Below are positions 1 through 11,437 of a stretch of 31,897 bases of DNA, in pieces. Both the position numbers and the translations under genes were made by a program. The notes under the pieces were generated by a model that saw only the letters and a program-made list of their open reading frames with translations, ran no database searches and was not told the origin of the DNA. The first letter of the stretch is position 1. Each line of letters opens with the position of its first letter. Source of the DNA: Octopus sinensis (lineage: Eukaryota); the NCBI RefSeq assembly GCF_006345805.1, contig NW_021829670.1:1-31897 (forward strand), in the 5' to 3' direction.

Positions 1-339
1 GGATGTTTTTTTTTAAATATTTTGTATAATTCTCAAATTCCAAAACATGAAAAATATTCATAGTATCACATTGAAATCTTACTGTCATTTTCCGTTTCAA
101 TGTGTTTTTTTAAAATTCATTTTACCCTGAAACACCAAGGCTCACCTCCATAGGTCTCAGGTGCATGCAGTATTGTCTTATGTGTGTGTGGTCGATATAT
201 TGATATATAGACATGGTTCTATGCAGAACTGAAATGTAATACTATTTTCTTGTTATTTGTATACTTACTTCTGGAATCTTGATTTCTTCTATGCTATGGT
301 GTTCTTGTGCTTATCATTATAATTATAATTATTATTATT

Positions 340-468
340 CCGCCGAGGTCGACTTTGCCAGTCTTCCTTTCGGGGTCGATAAATAAAGTACCAGTGAAAC
401 ACTGGGATCGATGAAATCGACTAGTCCCCTCCCCCAAAATTTCAGATCTTGTGCCTTTAGTAGAAAGG

Positions 469-546
<78 letters not shown>
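340..546 (+). mobile_element. 5'-truncated SINE family B with (ATT)n tail
   Basis: ccgccgaggtcgactttgcc...gtcgataaataaagtaccag...agtagaaaggattattatt. Confidence 0.75.
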
Positions 547-547
<1 letters not shown>

Positions 548-1052
548 TTGTGTGTGGATGTGTCTCTCGTGAGCGCTATGATTACAATTTTACTGGCCGA
601 AAAACTTTGGGTTTTTTTGGTTAATTTGCGAACAAATGATTTCGAAATGTTTGGGCACATATTTCAATACCCGAGGCAGATGAAAGGTCAGTCTTTTATA
701 TACATTATTTAATTTTTTTCCCTAAAATATTCCTTGTGTTTACAATTTATTTAATGTGGCTGCTACCTCTAGCAGAGCAACACAAAATATTAGACGAAGA
801 AGTAGTGCTGGATACGACTCGCAAAGAAAATGATGAGATAATTTTTGAAATTGAAGTAAATAAAATTTAAAAAAAACAAGAAGAAAATATATGAACAAAA
901 TTCAAAGAGAAGAAACAGAAAAAATTAGAATGTAATAAATAGTTAAACAATCACAACGAAAAATTGTACGATAGTACTTGCAACAACTCCTTTGCTAGCA
1001 CTACCGTTTCTAACCCCAGGAGGAACCTCCTCCAGCTGGTTATCGATGCAAT

Positions 1053-1092
<40 letters not shown>

Positions 1093-1199
1093 GCACGCAC
1101 GCATGCTCACACACACACAGACACACACACACACACACACAATGACAGATGTGTACATTGACGCATCAGAAAAAAAAATCAAAGGGTTTCTAGAACCAT

Positions 1200-1425
1200 T
1201 GGCTCATAAGGCCGGTTTTCTGGATTCTGTGGCGTCTATATTCTCTTCCCGGACGGGACGCAGGACAGTCGCTGGATGATTCTGTTTTAATAGTTGAGTG
1301 AACTGGAGCACCAGGAAATGAAGTGTTTTGCTCAAAAGCGCAACGAATCGTCCGAGCCGGGAATCGAAACAACAATCTTACGATTATGAGTTCAACTCTC
1401 GATCTCCTGAGTCACGCGCCTCCAC
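1200..1425 (-). mobile_element. Diverged SINE family C
   Basis: ggctcataaggccggttt...ggacgggacgc...gggaatcgaa...gcgcctccac matches 25780-26055. Confidence 0.65.
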
Positions 1426-2074
1426 ACATAGATGCATGCACACACGCATATACAGAGGTATACACACGCTCCCACATTAACACGTAATGACATATATACT
1501 TACACTGACAGACATGCACGCATACACAGACACCTATAAGCACAAACGTATACAAAAAATGCGAACTCACACATACATTCACACAAATACATTCACACAA
1601 ATGCACGATGCTCGCAAACAGAATCATACATTTATACTTAAATGCAAATACACACAGGAACATACACATTCATATACAAACACACACGCACAGCCAGACA
1701 CATATACATACGTACAATAACGAAATGAGTGATATGTTCAGATTGGAAAGCTAGATTCACCTGAAATTCACTACTGGCATCTGATTTTACACCATTTATA
1801 CGGCAAACACCACGCCGGCATCATCTCCGTCATTGTCGGTATCTTCCCTAACCACTTCCCCCATCCTGTCAGGTATTCACTCTCCCAACCGTGTTTTAAT
1901 CATCGCCGTGTGTCGTCAGTTTTATCGTCAATTAGTTCAATCAAAGAATTTCAAATGATGAACTCTCTCCACTCCGTCTCTCTCTCACACTCTGTATCTC
2001 TCCCTTATTCATACATATGCATGCACGTATGCAAATGTACAAATGCATACAAGCATACGAACACACACACATCA

Positions 2075-2076
2075 CT

Positions 2077-2114
<38 letters not shown>

Positions 2115-2386
2115 GATATAAATAGTATATGTACATATGTATGTATAATGTATGTATGTATATATACACATATATATATACAATATATATATGTATATAT
2201 ATATATATGTGTATATATACATACATACATTATACATACATATGTACATATACAATTTATATGTCATATACATATTATATATACATATATATATACATAT
2301 TATATATGTAGATATTAATATGTATATGTTAAAATGGTAGTATGTATATATATCTATATATATATCTATATCTATATCTATCTATC

Positions 2387-2447
<61 letters not shown>

Positions 2448-2470
2448 CATACATACATATACATACACAT
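2075..2470. repeat. Degenerate (TA)n/(TACA)n field
   Basis: Direct reading; similar fields at about 3885-4250, 14360-14730, 19850-19990, 29405-29625 and 31060-31190. Confidence 0.9.
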
Positions 2471-2939
2471 ACTTACGCGCGCTTGCATAAACATGTCAAT
2501 ACATATACAATAAACAATCATTTTAAACAGACTCTTATCGATGTAGCTGTTGCGATGACATATCACAACGGCCGCGTCAGTCACCACCATTACCACCATT
2601 GTCACCGTCATCAAGATATTACATTCAAAGCCTTCAACAAGCAAAACCATCAAGTTTAATTGTACATCATATCCCATGACTCGAGCCAACGAAGAGCCTG
2701 CACCTGATCGCTCGACATGCTAAAAATAGCAAAAAAATCTCCCTAATCTGAATATAACGTAAAAAAAAAACAAAAAAAAAATCTGATAATATATAGACCG
2801 TTAGAACATGTAAAAGATGGGATGGTCACAGCTGGAATGCCTTTGATCATAGGTCTGCCCGACCAGGGCTCACCAACGATAGAATCCTACCCTATTATAT
2901 CACTTTACACTACCATGATCGCAACCACAACTACAACTA

Positions 2940-3490
2940 TCACCCCGAACATCATCACCACCGCCACCATCAACACATCGTAATAATAACCATCATCATC
3001 ACATCACAGATACCATTTTCACAACCACTATCATCTCAATCACCAACGTCACTACCACCACCACTACCACCATCAACCCCACCGCCACCACCGCCGCCAC
3101 CACCACCACCACCAACCCCGCCACTACTACCATCGCCGACAACAACATACCTCAATCACAACCATCATCAACGTACATCACATTACCACGCGCACTTACA
3201 CACACATACACACTAACACCAGCCGTCGCTGCCGCCGCCGCCACCACCACCACCACCACCACCACCTCCGCCGCCGCCACCGACAATGAAACCCGAATAT
3301 GCACCAATGCTGGTCTCCTAATCATCCTCTCACCGTCTTCGCTCCCATCTTTCGTTGGTCTATAACTGCCTCTCCACCCTACCCTCTCTCACCACCAGCA
3401 CCACCAGCACCACCACCAGCACCAGCACCAGCACCACCACCAGCACCACCACCACCACCACCACCACACAACAACAACAACAACAACAGT
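2940..3490 (+). repeat. Degenerate (ACC/CAC/GCC/CAA)n trinucleotide field
   Basis: Direct reading; the source of the spurious poly-Pro and poly-Gly ORFs. Confidence 0.85.
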
Positions 3491-3965
3491 AATATCACGA
3501 CCACCACCCAAAACACTACTCCCCACACCTCTTCTCTTCTAAGCTTCTTGCTTGATTGCAATCACAGCGAAGCTCTTAGATTGAATAGCCGAACGCATCT
3601 CGACATTAATCCTGCGCTATATACCTACATGATACCTATATGTCTGACAGCAGCCGCTTGATGGCGTTAGATGTCACAAGAAACTTTGCACCGTTTCTCT
3701 CTAGGTGGCTGCATAGTGTCAACTTCTGACACAATATTTCTTACTAAGGAAGAATTATAGAAATCTTTCAAGATTTTCCACGGAGATAGATTATGTTTTT
3801 AATGAAGTTTAATCTAACTTCTCTGATCCTTTGAGTTTCTTTTGCATTCTCTGTTGATATTATATATGTAGTACATAGCACACATACATACATACATACA
3901 TACATACATACATACATACATACATACATACACACACACATCTGTATATATAATATATATATATA

Positions 3966-4000
<35 letters not shown>

Positions 4001-4168
4001 TAAACATATATACATATATATACATATATGTAAACATATATATACAGACACAGACCCACATACGCACATAATACACACAGCATATATATATATTATATAT
4101 ATATACACACCATATTATATAATACATAATTTATATATATATATTATATTATATATATATATATATAA

Positions 4169-4263
<95 letters not shown>

Positions 4264-4264
<1 letters not shown>

Positions 4265-4408
4265 CAGGTAAGAAATTTGCTTCCCAACCATATACTTCCA
4301 GGTTCAGTCCCACTGCGTAACATTTTGAGCAAGAGTCTTCCTCTATAACCTTGGCCGACTAAAGCCTTGTAAGTGGATTTGGTCCTTGGAAATTGAAGAA
4401 GACCGTCA
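4264..4408 (+). mobile_element. SINE family A head fragment (diverged)
   Basis: ccaggttcagtcccactgcg...aaagccttgtaagtggatttgg matches the family A head. Confidence 0.7.
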
Positions 4409-4451
4409 TGTGTGTGTGTGTGTGCGTGTGCGTGCGCGCGCATTTATCTAT

Positions 4452-4523
<72 letters not shown>

Positions 4524-4534
4524 GAATATAATTA

Positions 4535-4725
4535 CATATATCTTTTACCTTCTTCAGTTCAATAGACTGCGGCCCTGCAAGAGCACCGCGTTGGAGGATT
4601 TTAGTAGAATGAATCGACCCCATTACCATTTTTCTTTTAAAGTCTGGTACTTATTCTATCAGTTCTCTTTTGCCGAACCTCTAAGTTACAGGAAGGCAAA
4701 CTCACCAATGACGGTTGTCGAGAAT
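4535..4725 (-). mobile_element. SINE family A tail fragment
   Basis: ggtacttattctatcagttctcttttgccgaacc.ctaagttac matches the reverse complement of 7470-7520. Confidence 0.65.
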
Positions 4726-4744
4726 ACACACACACGCGCGCGCG

Positions 4745-4808
<64 letters not shown>

Positions 4809-5127
4809 CATAAGAACACACAAATGCATTAAAAATAATGGTCATTACATATCTTCCCTTTGTTGGAGCGAATTTGGCTTACAGCTGTTTCCAGTATTGA
4901 TTATAGGTTCATTACTGATACGTTTACTCAAGTGGTCAGTCGATCAATCGAGTAAAATTGATGCTACTTTCATCAGAGCCATTTCTGGTTACAACAAGCA
5001 GAGCACTGAATAAATGGATATTGGATGGGGAAGGGTAAATATTTTTCCCGGATTGATAATCCCTCACTATTTGTTTGATATATATATATATAGGGCGGGA
5101 CAAATTGAAAAAGAAAAAATCGTCCAA

Positions 5128-5204
5128 TCACTTAGAATAAAGCACCCCAAGATAAGTCTGAGGGTGACTAAAAGAAGATTTAATCCATAATCGTTCGTCC
5201 GACG

Positions 5205-5268
<64 letters not shown>

Positions 5269-5465
5269 ACGGGAAGGTTTACGAAAATAAACAAAAGACG
5301 AAGGCAGGTGGAGTACAAACAAACAAATGTATTAGTATAGCGCTCAGGAATAGAAATAGAACAAGTCTTTTACGTTTCGAGCCTACGCTCTTCGACAGAA
5401 AGATACACAAAAAAAAAAAAAACAAAGAGAAAAACAAGGAGAGAAAAAAATGCGTGTAGGAGCTA
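5128..5465 (-). mobile_element. Hammerhead-bearing repeat unit (Penelope pseudo-LTR-like) embedded in (TA)n
   Basis: Contains the 5366-5403 hammerhead; flanked or interrupted by (TA)n at about 5200-5268 and 5472-5484; core region similar to 8400-8480 on the opposite strand. Confidence 0.5.
5366..5403 (-). ncRNA. Minimal type I hammerhead motif with core variant (CUGUCGA), GUA triplet
   Basis: Minus strand UCUUU CUGUCGA A GAGC GUAG GCUC GAAA CGU A AAAGA. Perfect 5-bp stem I; A6>U substitution in the core. Confidence 0.6.
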
Positions 5466-5925
5466 ACGATCTATATATATATATCCTGCTTCGCCAATGT
5501 CTATTCAGAAACTCCGCAAGGTAGGTTGATTCACACTATAGATATTATTCGTTGAATATAAAAAGGTCAATATTTTCCATTCGTTATGAAGGAATGCTAA
5601 TTGAATGCCTAATATTTTATGCATAATTAAGCCAATCATTACTGTTTCGATGCTAGGCTGTCAAACTTTCCTCTGCATTTCAAGTTTAATTTAGTCATAG
5701 CTCTATCCTGCTAATCGTACATGTTGTCAGCTTAGCTTGATAATACATAAAATATAGTTGATATGGAGGAAGGAATTATATTACCTCTGTTGGTTTGTGA
5801 CAGAGTAAAAGTTAATATAAGAGATGATTTAGTTCACATGAGTGTTAAAAGTAGTATTGGTGAATATCATATAGATACAAGCACACACATATATGCGTGC
5901 GCGCATATATATGTGTGTGTGTGTG

Positions 5926-6008
<83 letters not shown>

Positions 6009-6553
6009 TAATATAACATAATATAATATCATATCATATAAGAAAATTATTGTAAAATTAGGTTTATAGCATTTGTTCTCGACGTGTGTTTCATCATTGT
6101 GGTTATTTCCAAGCTTTACATTGGATATTTCAAATTGATTTTGGAGGTTAAACCGCAACAGATCATTAGAATAATATGCATGTATGTATGTATGTATGTA
6201 TGTATGTATGTATGTATGTATGTATGTATGTATGTATGTATGTATGTATTTATGTCTATATGTGTATACACATATATATATATATGCATACACACACACA
6301 CATATATATATATGTACACTATGTATATACATGTATAATATAGTGTGTATAGTGTGTATATATATACATATATCTGTGCGTGTGAGGGACTATATATGTG
6401 TGCAAGTCAATACAACCATAAAAACTACAAAATATATAAATCTAGTATGTTGTATTTATGTTTGTTTACAACCCATCCAATTTTCTTTATTCTCATATCC
6501 CCATAAATCTGTGCGCGTGCGCGCATTAACAGTTTAGCACTTAATCTCATTAC

Positions 6554-6671
6554 TTGTAGTTTCTCAAAAGTGAGAAAAACATTTCTGATCGTTTGAGCAA
6601 CTGCTTCAGAATAATCAGGTGTGTTTACTCTCAGCTCTGTGAAACTTGAAGGAATGCGATCTTGAGCCAAA
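6554..6671 (-). CDS. Candidate downstream exon of the T-box gene (118 nt): (R)LAQDRIPSSFTELRVNTPDYSEAVAQTIRNVFLTFEKLQ
   Basis: ttaacag|T TTG GCT...CTA CAA|gtaatg. The entry phase fits the CG left by exon D, the frame is open and the sequence is non-repetitive. I recognise no homology. Confidence 0.3.
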
Positions 6672-7160
6672 CTGTTAATACAATGAAATATAAATTCTAT
6701 TTTCCTTCGTTGCCCTACACACCTATACTTACATGCAGATTGGCCAAAAGTCAACCGACAGTAAATCAAACTTCCATAAATGCTATCTGTAATTATGTAT
6801 TGACTCGAATGGAAAAGTGTCGCTCAGGAAGGACTTCAATTTGAACAATTTTCATGATGTTTCATATTTAAACGCTTTTATTAAATTCATTCAGTTGTTA
6901 AACATAAATAAATCTTGGAATTAAATAGTTTTGATCTACTGTCAGGTGACTTTTCACCAACCCTTCATATACATGCATGTATACATGCATACTTACATAC
7001 ATGAATACATATTTACATCCTTACATGCATACATGAATACATACATGCATACATACAACTTGCTACATACAACTTGCTACCAAGAAGGTAGCTCGTCAAA
7101 ATATATTCTAAAGTAAAAAGAGAAAAAGAGCATATAGGCGTATATACATATATACATATA

Positions 7161-7325
7161 GGCGTATGAGTGGCTGTGTGGTAAGTAGCTTGCTTACGAA
7201 CCACATGGTTCCGTGTTCAGTCCCACTGCGTGAACCTTGGGCAAGTGTTCTCACTATAGGCTCGGGCCCCCGACAAAGCCTTGTGAGTGGATTTGGTAGA
7301 CGGAAACTGAAAGAAGCCCGTCGTA

Positions 7326-7366
<41 letters not shown>

Positions 7367-7623
7367 ATATATTATATATATATATTATATGTATGTTTGT
7401 GTATATACTGTGTGTCTGTGTTTGTCCCCCGCCACTTCGCTTGACAACCATGTTGGTGTGTTTACGTCCCCGTAACTTAGCGGTTCGGCAAAAGAGACCG
7501 ATAGAATAAGTACTAGGCTTACAAAGAATAAGTCCTGGGGTCGATTTGCTCTACTAAAAGTGGTGCTCCAGCATGGCTGCAGTCAAATGACTGAAACAAG
7601 TAAAAGAGTAAAGAGTAAAGAGT
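7161..7623 (+). mobile_element. tRNA-derived SINE family A, full length (head, central TA/TG microsatellite, tail)
   Basis: Head tggctgtgtggtaagtagc...gttcagtccc with A/B-box-like motifs; tail ...gactgaaacaagtaaaagagtaaagagta; many homologous copies in the window. Confidence 0.85.
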
Positions 7624-8334
7624 ATACGCACACACATACATTGTCTCCAAGTTATAAAGCTATTTGTTAACGGTACGTGCCTAAATTGGACTTATAAATG
7701 TACTGCGGTTCAGTGGGTGTGCGATAGTTAATTATACGCACGTTCTTATACAGTTGTTCATTTCTCACTATATGTATTACAATATATGTAAAATGTGAAT
7801 TGAATACGAGTAAGCAGTTGTCGCAGTGAATATGTGTGCCTGTGTGTGACTATACGTGTTGTGTGTGTGTGTGTGTGTGTGTGTGTCTGTGTGTGCGTGT
7901 GTGTTTGTGGTTATATACTGAGCATGACTGTGTCCATATGTATATGTTTATGAGTAATTTGACGAGAAAAGACAGTTGTAGTTGAATTAGGAAAATGAGA
8001 AATTAAAAAAATATGAAAAGATTATAAACGAACATTTATACGCGTGATCATTTCTGTACTTGCTTTTGTATTAAATGTTGAAGTAATAATCTCGAAAACA
8101 TTGGATTTTCAATCAAAGAAAGAAACCAGCAAATCACCATGTGCATCATTATTGTTTTGTTTTTTTTATCTAAATTCAAGCGATTGGGGTTTGTTTCTCA
8201 GAAACCAGCGCCTTGTTTATATCATTTCAAAAATTAAAAGAGAGACCATGTACATACATACATTTATACATACATACATACATACATACATACATACATA
8301 CATACATACATACATACATACATACACATACATA

Positions 8335-8547
8335 GGGATAGCTAATTATAGACATGTAACCACACTCATGCTGCTGGTGATATTTTTCCTTCTCTGGACT
8401 TTCTTCGTTTTCCTTTCTGACGAAGAGCTATGCTCGAAACGTCAAAAGCCCTCTCTTTTTACCGAACGTCAAACTGATACATTCCCCGGACACGTCCCCT
8501 TGTTGATTTGTTATTGTTATTTTTAATGTTCGATTATTCGATTTGAC
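8335..8547 (+). mobile_element. Hammerhead-bearing repeat unit (Penelope pseudo-LTR-like) embedded in (TACA)n
   Basis: About 210 bp of complex sequence containing the 8412-8448 hammerhead, with (TACA)n on both sides. Confidence 0.5.
8412..8448 (+). ncRNA. Minimal type I hammerhead ribozyme motif, intact core (GUC cleavage triplet)
   Basis: CCUUU CUGACGA A GAGC UAU GCUC GAAA CGU C AAAAG: CUGANGA box, stem II, GAAA box, palindromic ACGU helix III, stem I with one mismatch. Confidence 0.7.
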
Positions 8548-8727
8548 TACATACATACATACATACATACATGCATACATACATACATATATTCATACAT
8601 ACATACATAAACACATACATACATTCATACATACATACATACATACATACATACATACATACATACATACATACATACATACATACATACATACATACAT
8701 ACATACATACATACATACATACATACA
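8548..8727 (+). repeat. (TACA)n microsatellite
   Basis: Direct reading; a similar array lies at about 8250-8334. Confidence 0.97.
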
Positions 8728-8843
8728 AACAATTTGAATATTTATTGTAGTTTAGCTTCTATGTCCCGTGGTAGATTTTTGTCTTTCATTCGTCGAGATC
8801 ATTGAAATATTTATCCACCGATTCAATATTGTGTTGTACTTAC

Positions 8844-8911
8844 CGCCTGCCCATTCCGTTGTCTCGAAAACCTTTTGCGAATGGATTGTTATCAATCTTT
8901 AATTGTGTAAT
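8844..8911 (-). CDS. T-box gene exon D (68 nt): [22 protein letters not shown](R)
   Basis: catttcag|ATT ACA CAA TTA AAG...GGC AGG CG|gtaagt. Carries the NPFAKGF end of the T-box. Too short for the ORF track. Confidence 0.96.
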
Positions 8912-8947
8912 CTGAAATGATAGTGAAAACAAAATCAATACCATATG

Positions 8948-8979
<32 letters not shown>

Positions 8980-9080
8980 TGTATGTATGTATGTATGTAT
9001 GTATGTATGTATGTATGTATGTATGTATGTATGTATGAATGTATGTATGTATGAATGTATGTATGCATGTATGTATGTAT
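8948..9080 (+). repeat. (TATG)n microsatellite
   Basis: Direct reading; reverse complement of the (TACA)n arrays. Confidence 0.97.
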
Positions 9081-9411
9081 TTATGCGCGCATGCGCGCGC
9101 GTGTATTTGTGTGTTTATATATAATATATAACAAATATAACAAAAGAAATTGGAAATGGTTTGGTATTATTTATTCACCATTACACGTGTTTCATTAGCT
9201 AATAGGAGTTACAAAGTTTTACATGTTAAATTGACATGTAACGAATTTCTTATTAGAAATTGATCAGACAAGAAATTAATTGATAATGTATGTCAATGAA
9301 CATTAAACTACTGGTTTCCTTTTCCTGCCTTACAGACTCGATGGACTGTCGGCAAGGGTTGGAGAGATAAAGGAGGAATAAATAAAATTGAATGTGTGTA
9401 TTTTTTTTTAC

Positions 9412-9558
9412 CTGTTCGTTCTGATAAGCCGTCACTGCAATGAATTTTGTTTCCTCGAAGGCGTAGGTGTAGAATGATCCCCAACGCATAGTGAATACAT
9501 CGTTGGCCTGTACGACGTGAACTCGTGGTTGGTACTTGTGCATGGAGTTCAAAATAAT
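9412..9558 (-). CDS. T-box gene exon C (147 nt): [49 protein letters not shown]
   Basis: ttcttcag|ATT ATT TTG AAC...GAA CAG|gtaaaa; phase 0/0; overlaps ORF 9253..9552 (which starts at its Leu codon). Confidence 0.97.
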
Positions 9559-10156
9559 CTGAAGAAGAATGAAGCGGAAAGAGAATGTGAGGAAGAAGGA
9601 GAGACAGGGCTGGCAAAAGTTATTATTGTATGTCTATCTCTATATATCTGTCTGTGAGAAGATTCATGCACATTATATTGTAATATACCGTCGTGAAAAA
9701 AAATAAACAAACAAAAAAGCAAAAAAAAAAAAAAACAAACAAACGAACAAAACCTAAATGCATAAAACATTAATAGTACGATCATTTTAAGAGCAGGTAA
9801 AACAACAATAACAATAACAACTTGTTTAAAGGCCTCAATTTCACATTCGTTTATTATTGATGCACCTTTCACTTGTAGACAACTTTTCATTTATACTGGC
9901 ACGCACATGCGCAGACATACATGTTGGTTTTGTTGTTGTTGCTGCTGTAGTTGATGCTGATGATGATGAAAAGGAGGACAAGGGAGAGGAGTGGTTTCTA
10001 ATATACGCACAAGGCATGAAATGTGTGAAGGTAAATATGAACCCGGGATGAGTTAGAAGGAAAAGTTAGTCTCGGTGGCATTTGGATTCAGAACACAAAG
10101 ATTCAGAAAAAAAAATGTCGTTTTAAGAATTCTGTTAATCCATCAATCTCAATATT

Positions 10157-10375
10157 AACTGTTCCTAGCATTGGCACAAGTCCTGAAATTTGTGGGAGTG
10201 TCTTGTTCAATATAATCGATTCCAGTACTTGAGTGGTACTTTATTTTATCGATCGCGAAAGGATGAAAGGCAAAATTAATTTCAGAGGGATTTGAATTCA
10301 GAACGTAAAGAAAAGAATACCACCAGGTAGTTTCTCTGATTGCTTTACTGATTTTGCCAATATCAATATTATCAT
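10157..10375 (-). mobile_element. Diverged SINE family B
   Basis: ggtactttattttatcgatc.cgaaaggatgaaaggcaaa...gaattcagaacgtaa is the reverse complement of the family B core. Confidence 0.65.
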
Positions 10376-11179
10376 AATCATAGTCACCAGCCACAGGAGT
10401 AGCATTGCTTTCAAGACCACCACCACTACCACCACCACCACCACCCCACCACCACCACCACCACCACACCACCACCACCATAAACGGTATTATAACTTCC
10501 AAATCAACGAAGGGGGCCTAAATCTGCTAAAAATAGCTGTCAAATTTACTTCAAATCACACTCAACCGACTTAGAACTTCCCACCTTACCCCCACTCCAC
10601 CTCCTCAAAACAAAATACCCATTGGACAATGTTATCCAAGATATGCCATATTTAAAGAAAAAGACGTCACCACAGTCACGTCTGGAAATCTTTGTTCAAA
10701 AATTTAGTTAACCATTTCTAACCTAGGGCTAAACAACATCACCAACATCAGTTTTTCCTTTAAGAAACTTTGCTACGATTGGTTCTGATGCTGGACTGAA
10801 CACCGTATACCTTCAATATTTCTCAGGTATCTTAGGCTCTCATACACACGTATATATTACGCTTAAAAGTAAGCACTTGGTGAAGAACATGAATTCGCCC
10901 TCGTTTATCATCCGGGTTTTGTTACCATTAATTTACCAACCGTCACTAACTCCACATTCCCTAAAATTCATGAGCCTGCTTATTTAGTTCAGCTTTCATC
11001 TTTTATCTCTTACTACCGTCTTGAAGTTCAATAATTCGATCTCGGTACTTCTTTTTCATTTTTTTAAAGCCTGATACTTACTCTATCGGTAAGTTTTGCT
11101 AACTTACCGAACCATTAATTAACTGGTTGTTAAGCGGTGGTGGGGGATAGACACAGACACAAAGACACATACCCATAGG

Positions 11180-11437
11180 TACATACATACATACATACAT
11201 ACATACATACATACATACATACATACTACCTACATACATACATACATACATACACACACATACCTACCTACCTACCTACCTACCTACCTACCTACATACA
11301 TACATACATACATACATACATACATACATACATACATACATACATACATAATACCTACATATATACATACATGCATACATACACACACATATGTACCTAC
11401 CTATCTACCTACCTACATACATACATACATACATACA
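11180..11437 (+). repeat. (TACA)n/(TACC)n compound microsatellite
   Basis: Direct reading; abuts the 5' end of the R4-like element. Confidence 0.95.

Noticed and set aside
770-870. Short plus-strand acidic reading frame (AEQHKILDEEVVLDTTRKENDEIIFEIE)
   Set aside because: About 30 codons, no recognisable homology and no partner exons.
1735-1980. Complex island tested as a downstream T-box exon
   Set aside because: Stops occur in the minus-strand frames tested, and there is no acceptor with a pyrimidine tract in front of the open part.
2690-2880. Probable old interspersed repeat (similar motifs at about 10505-10730 and 28555-28600)
   Set aside because: Too diverged to delimit or classify by eye.
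6733-6786. 54-nt AG/GT-bounded segment as a T-box exon
   Set aside because: In the phase required by exon D it starts with an immediate TAG, and joining it to 6671 in its only open frame gives a stop within about 14 codons.
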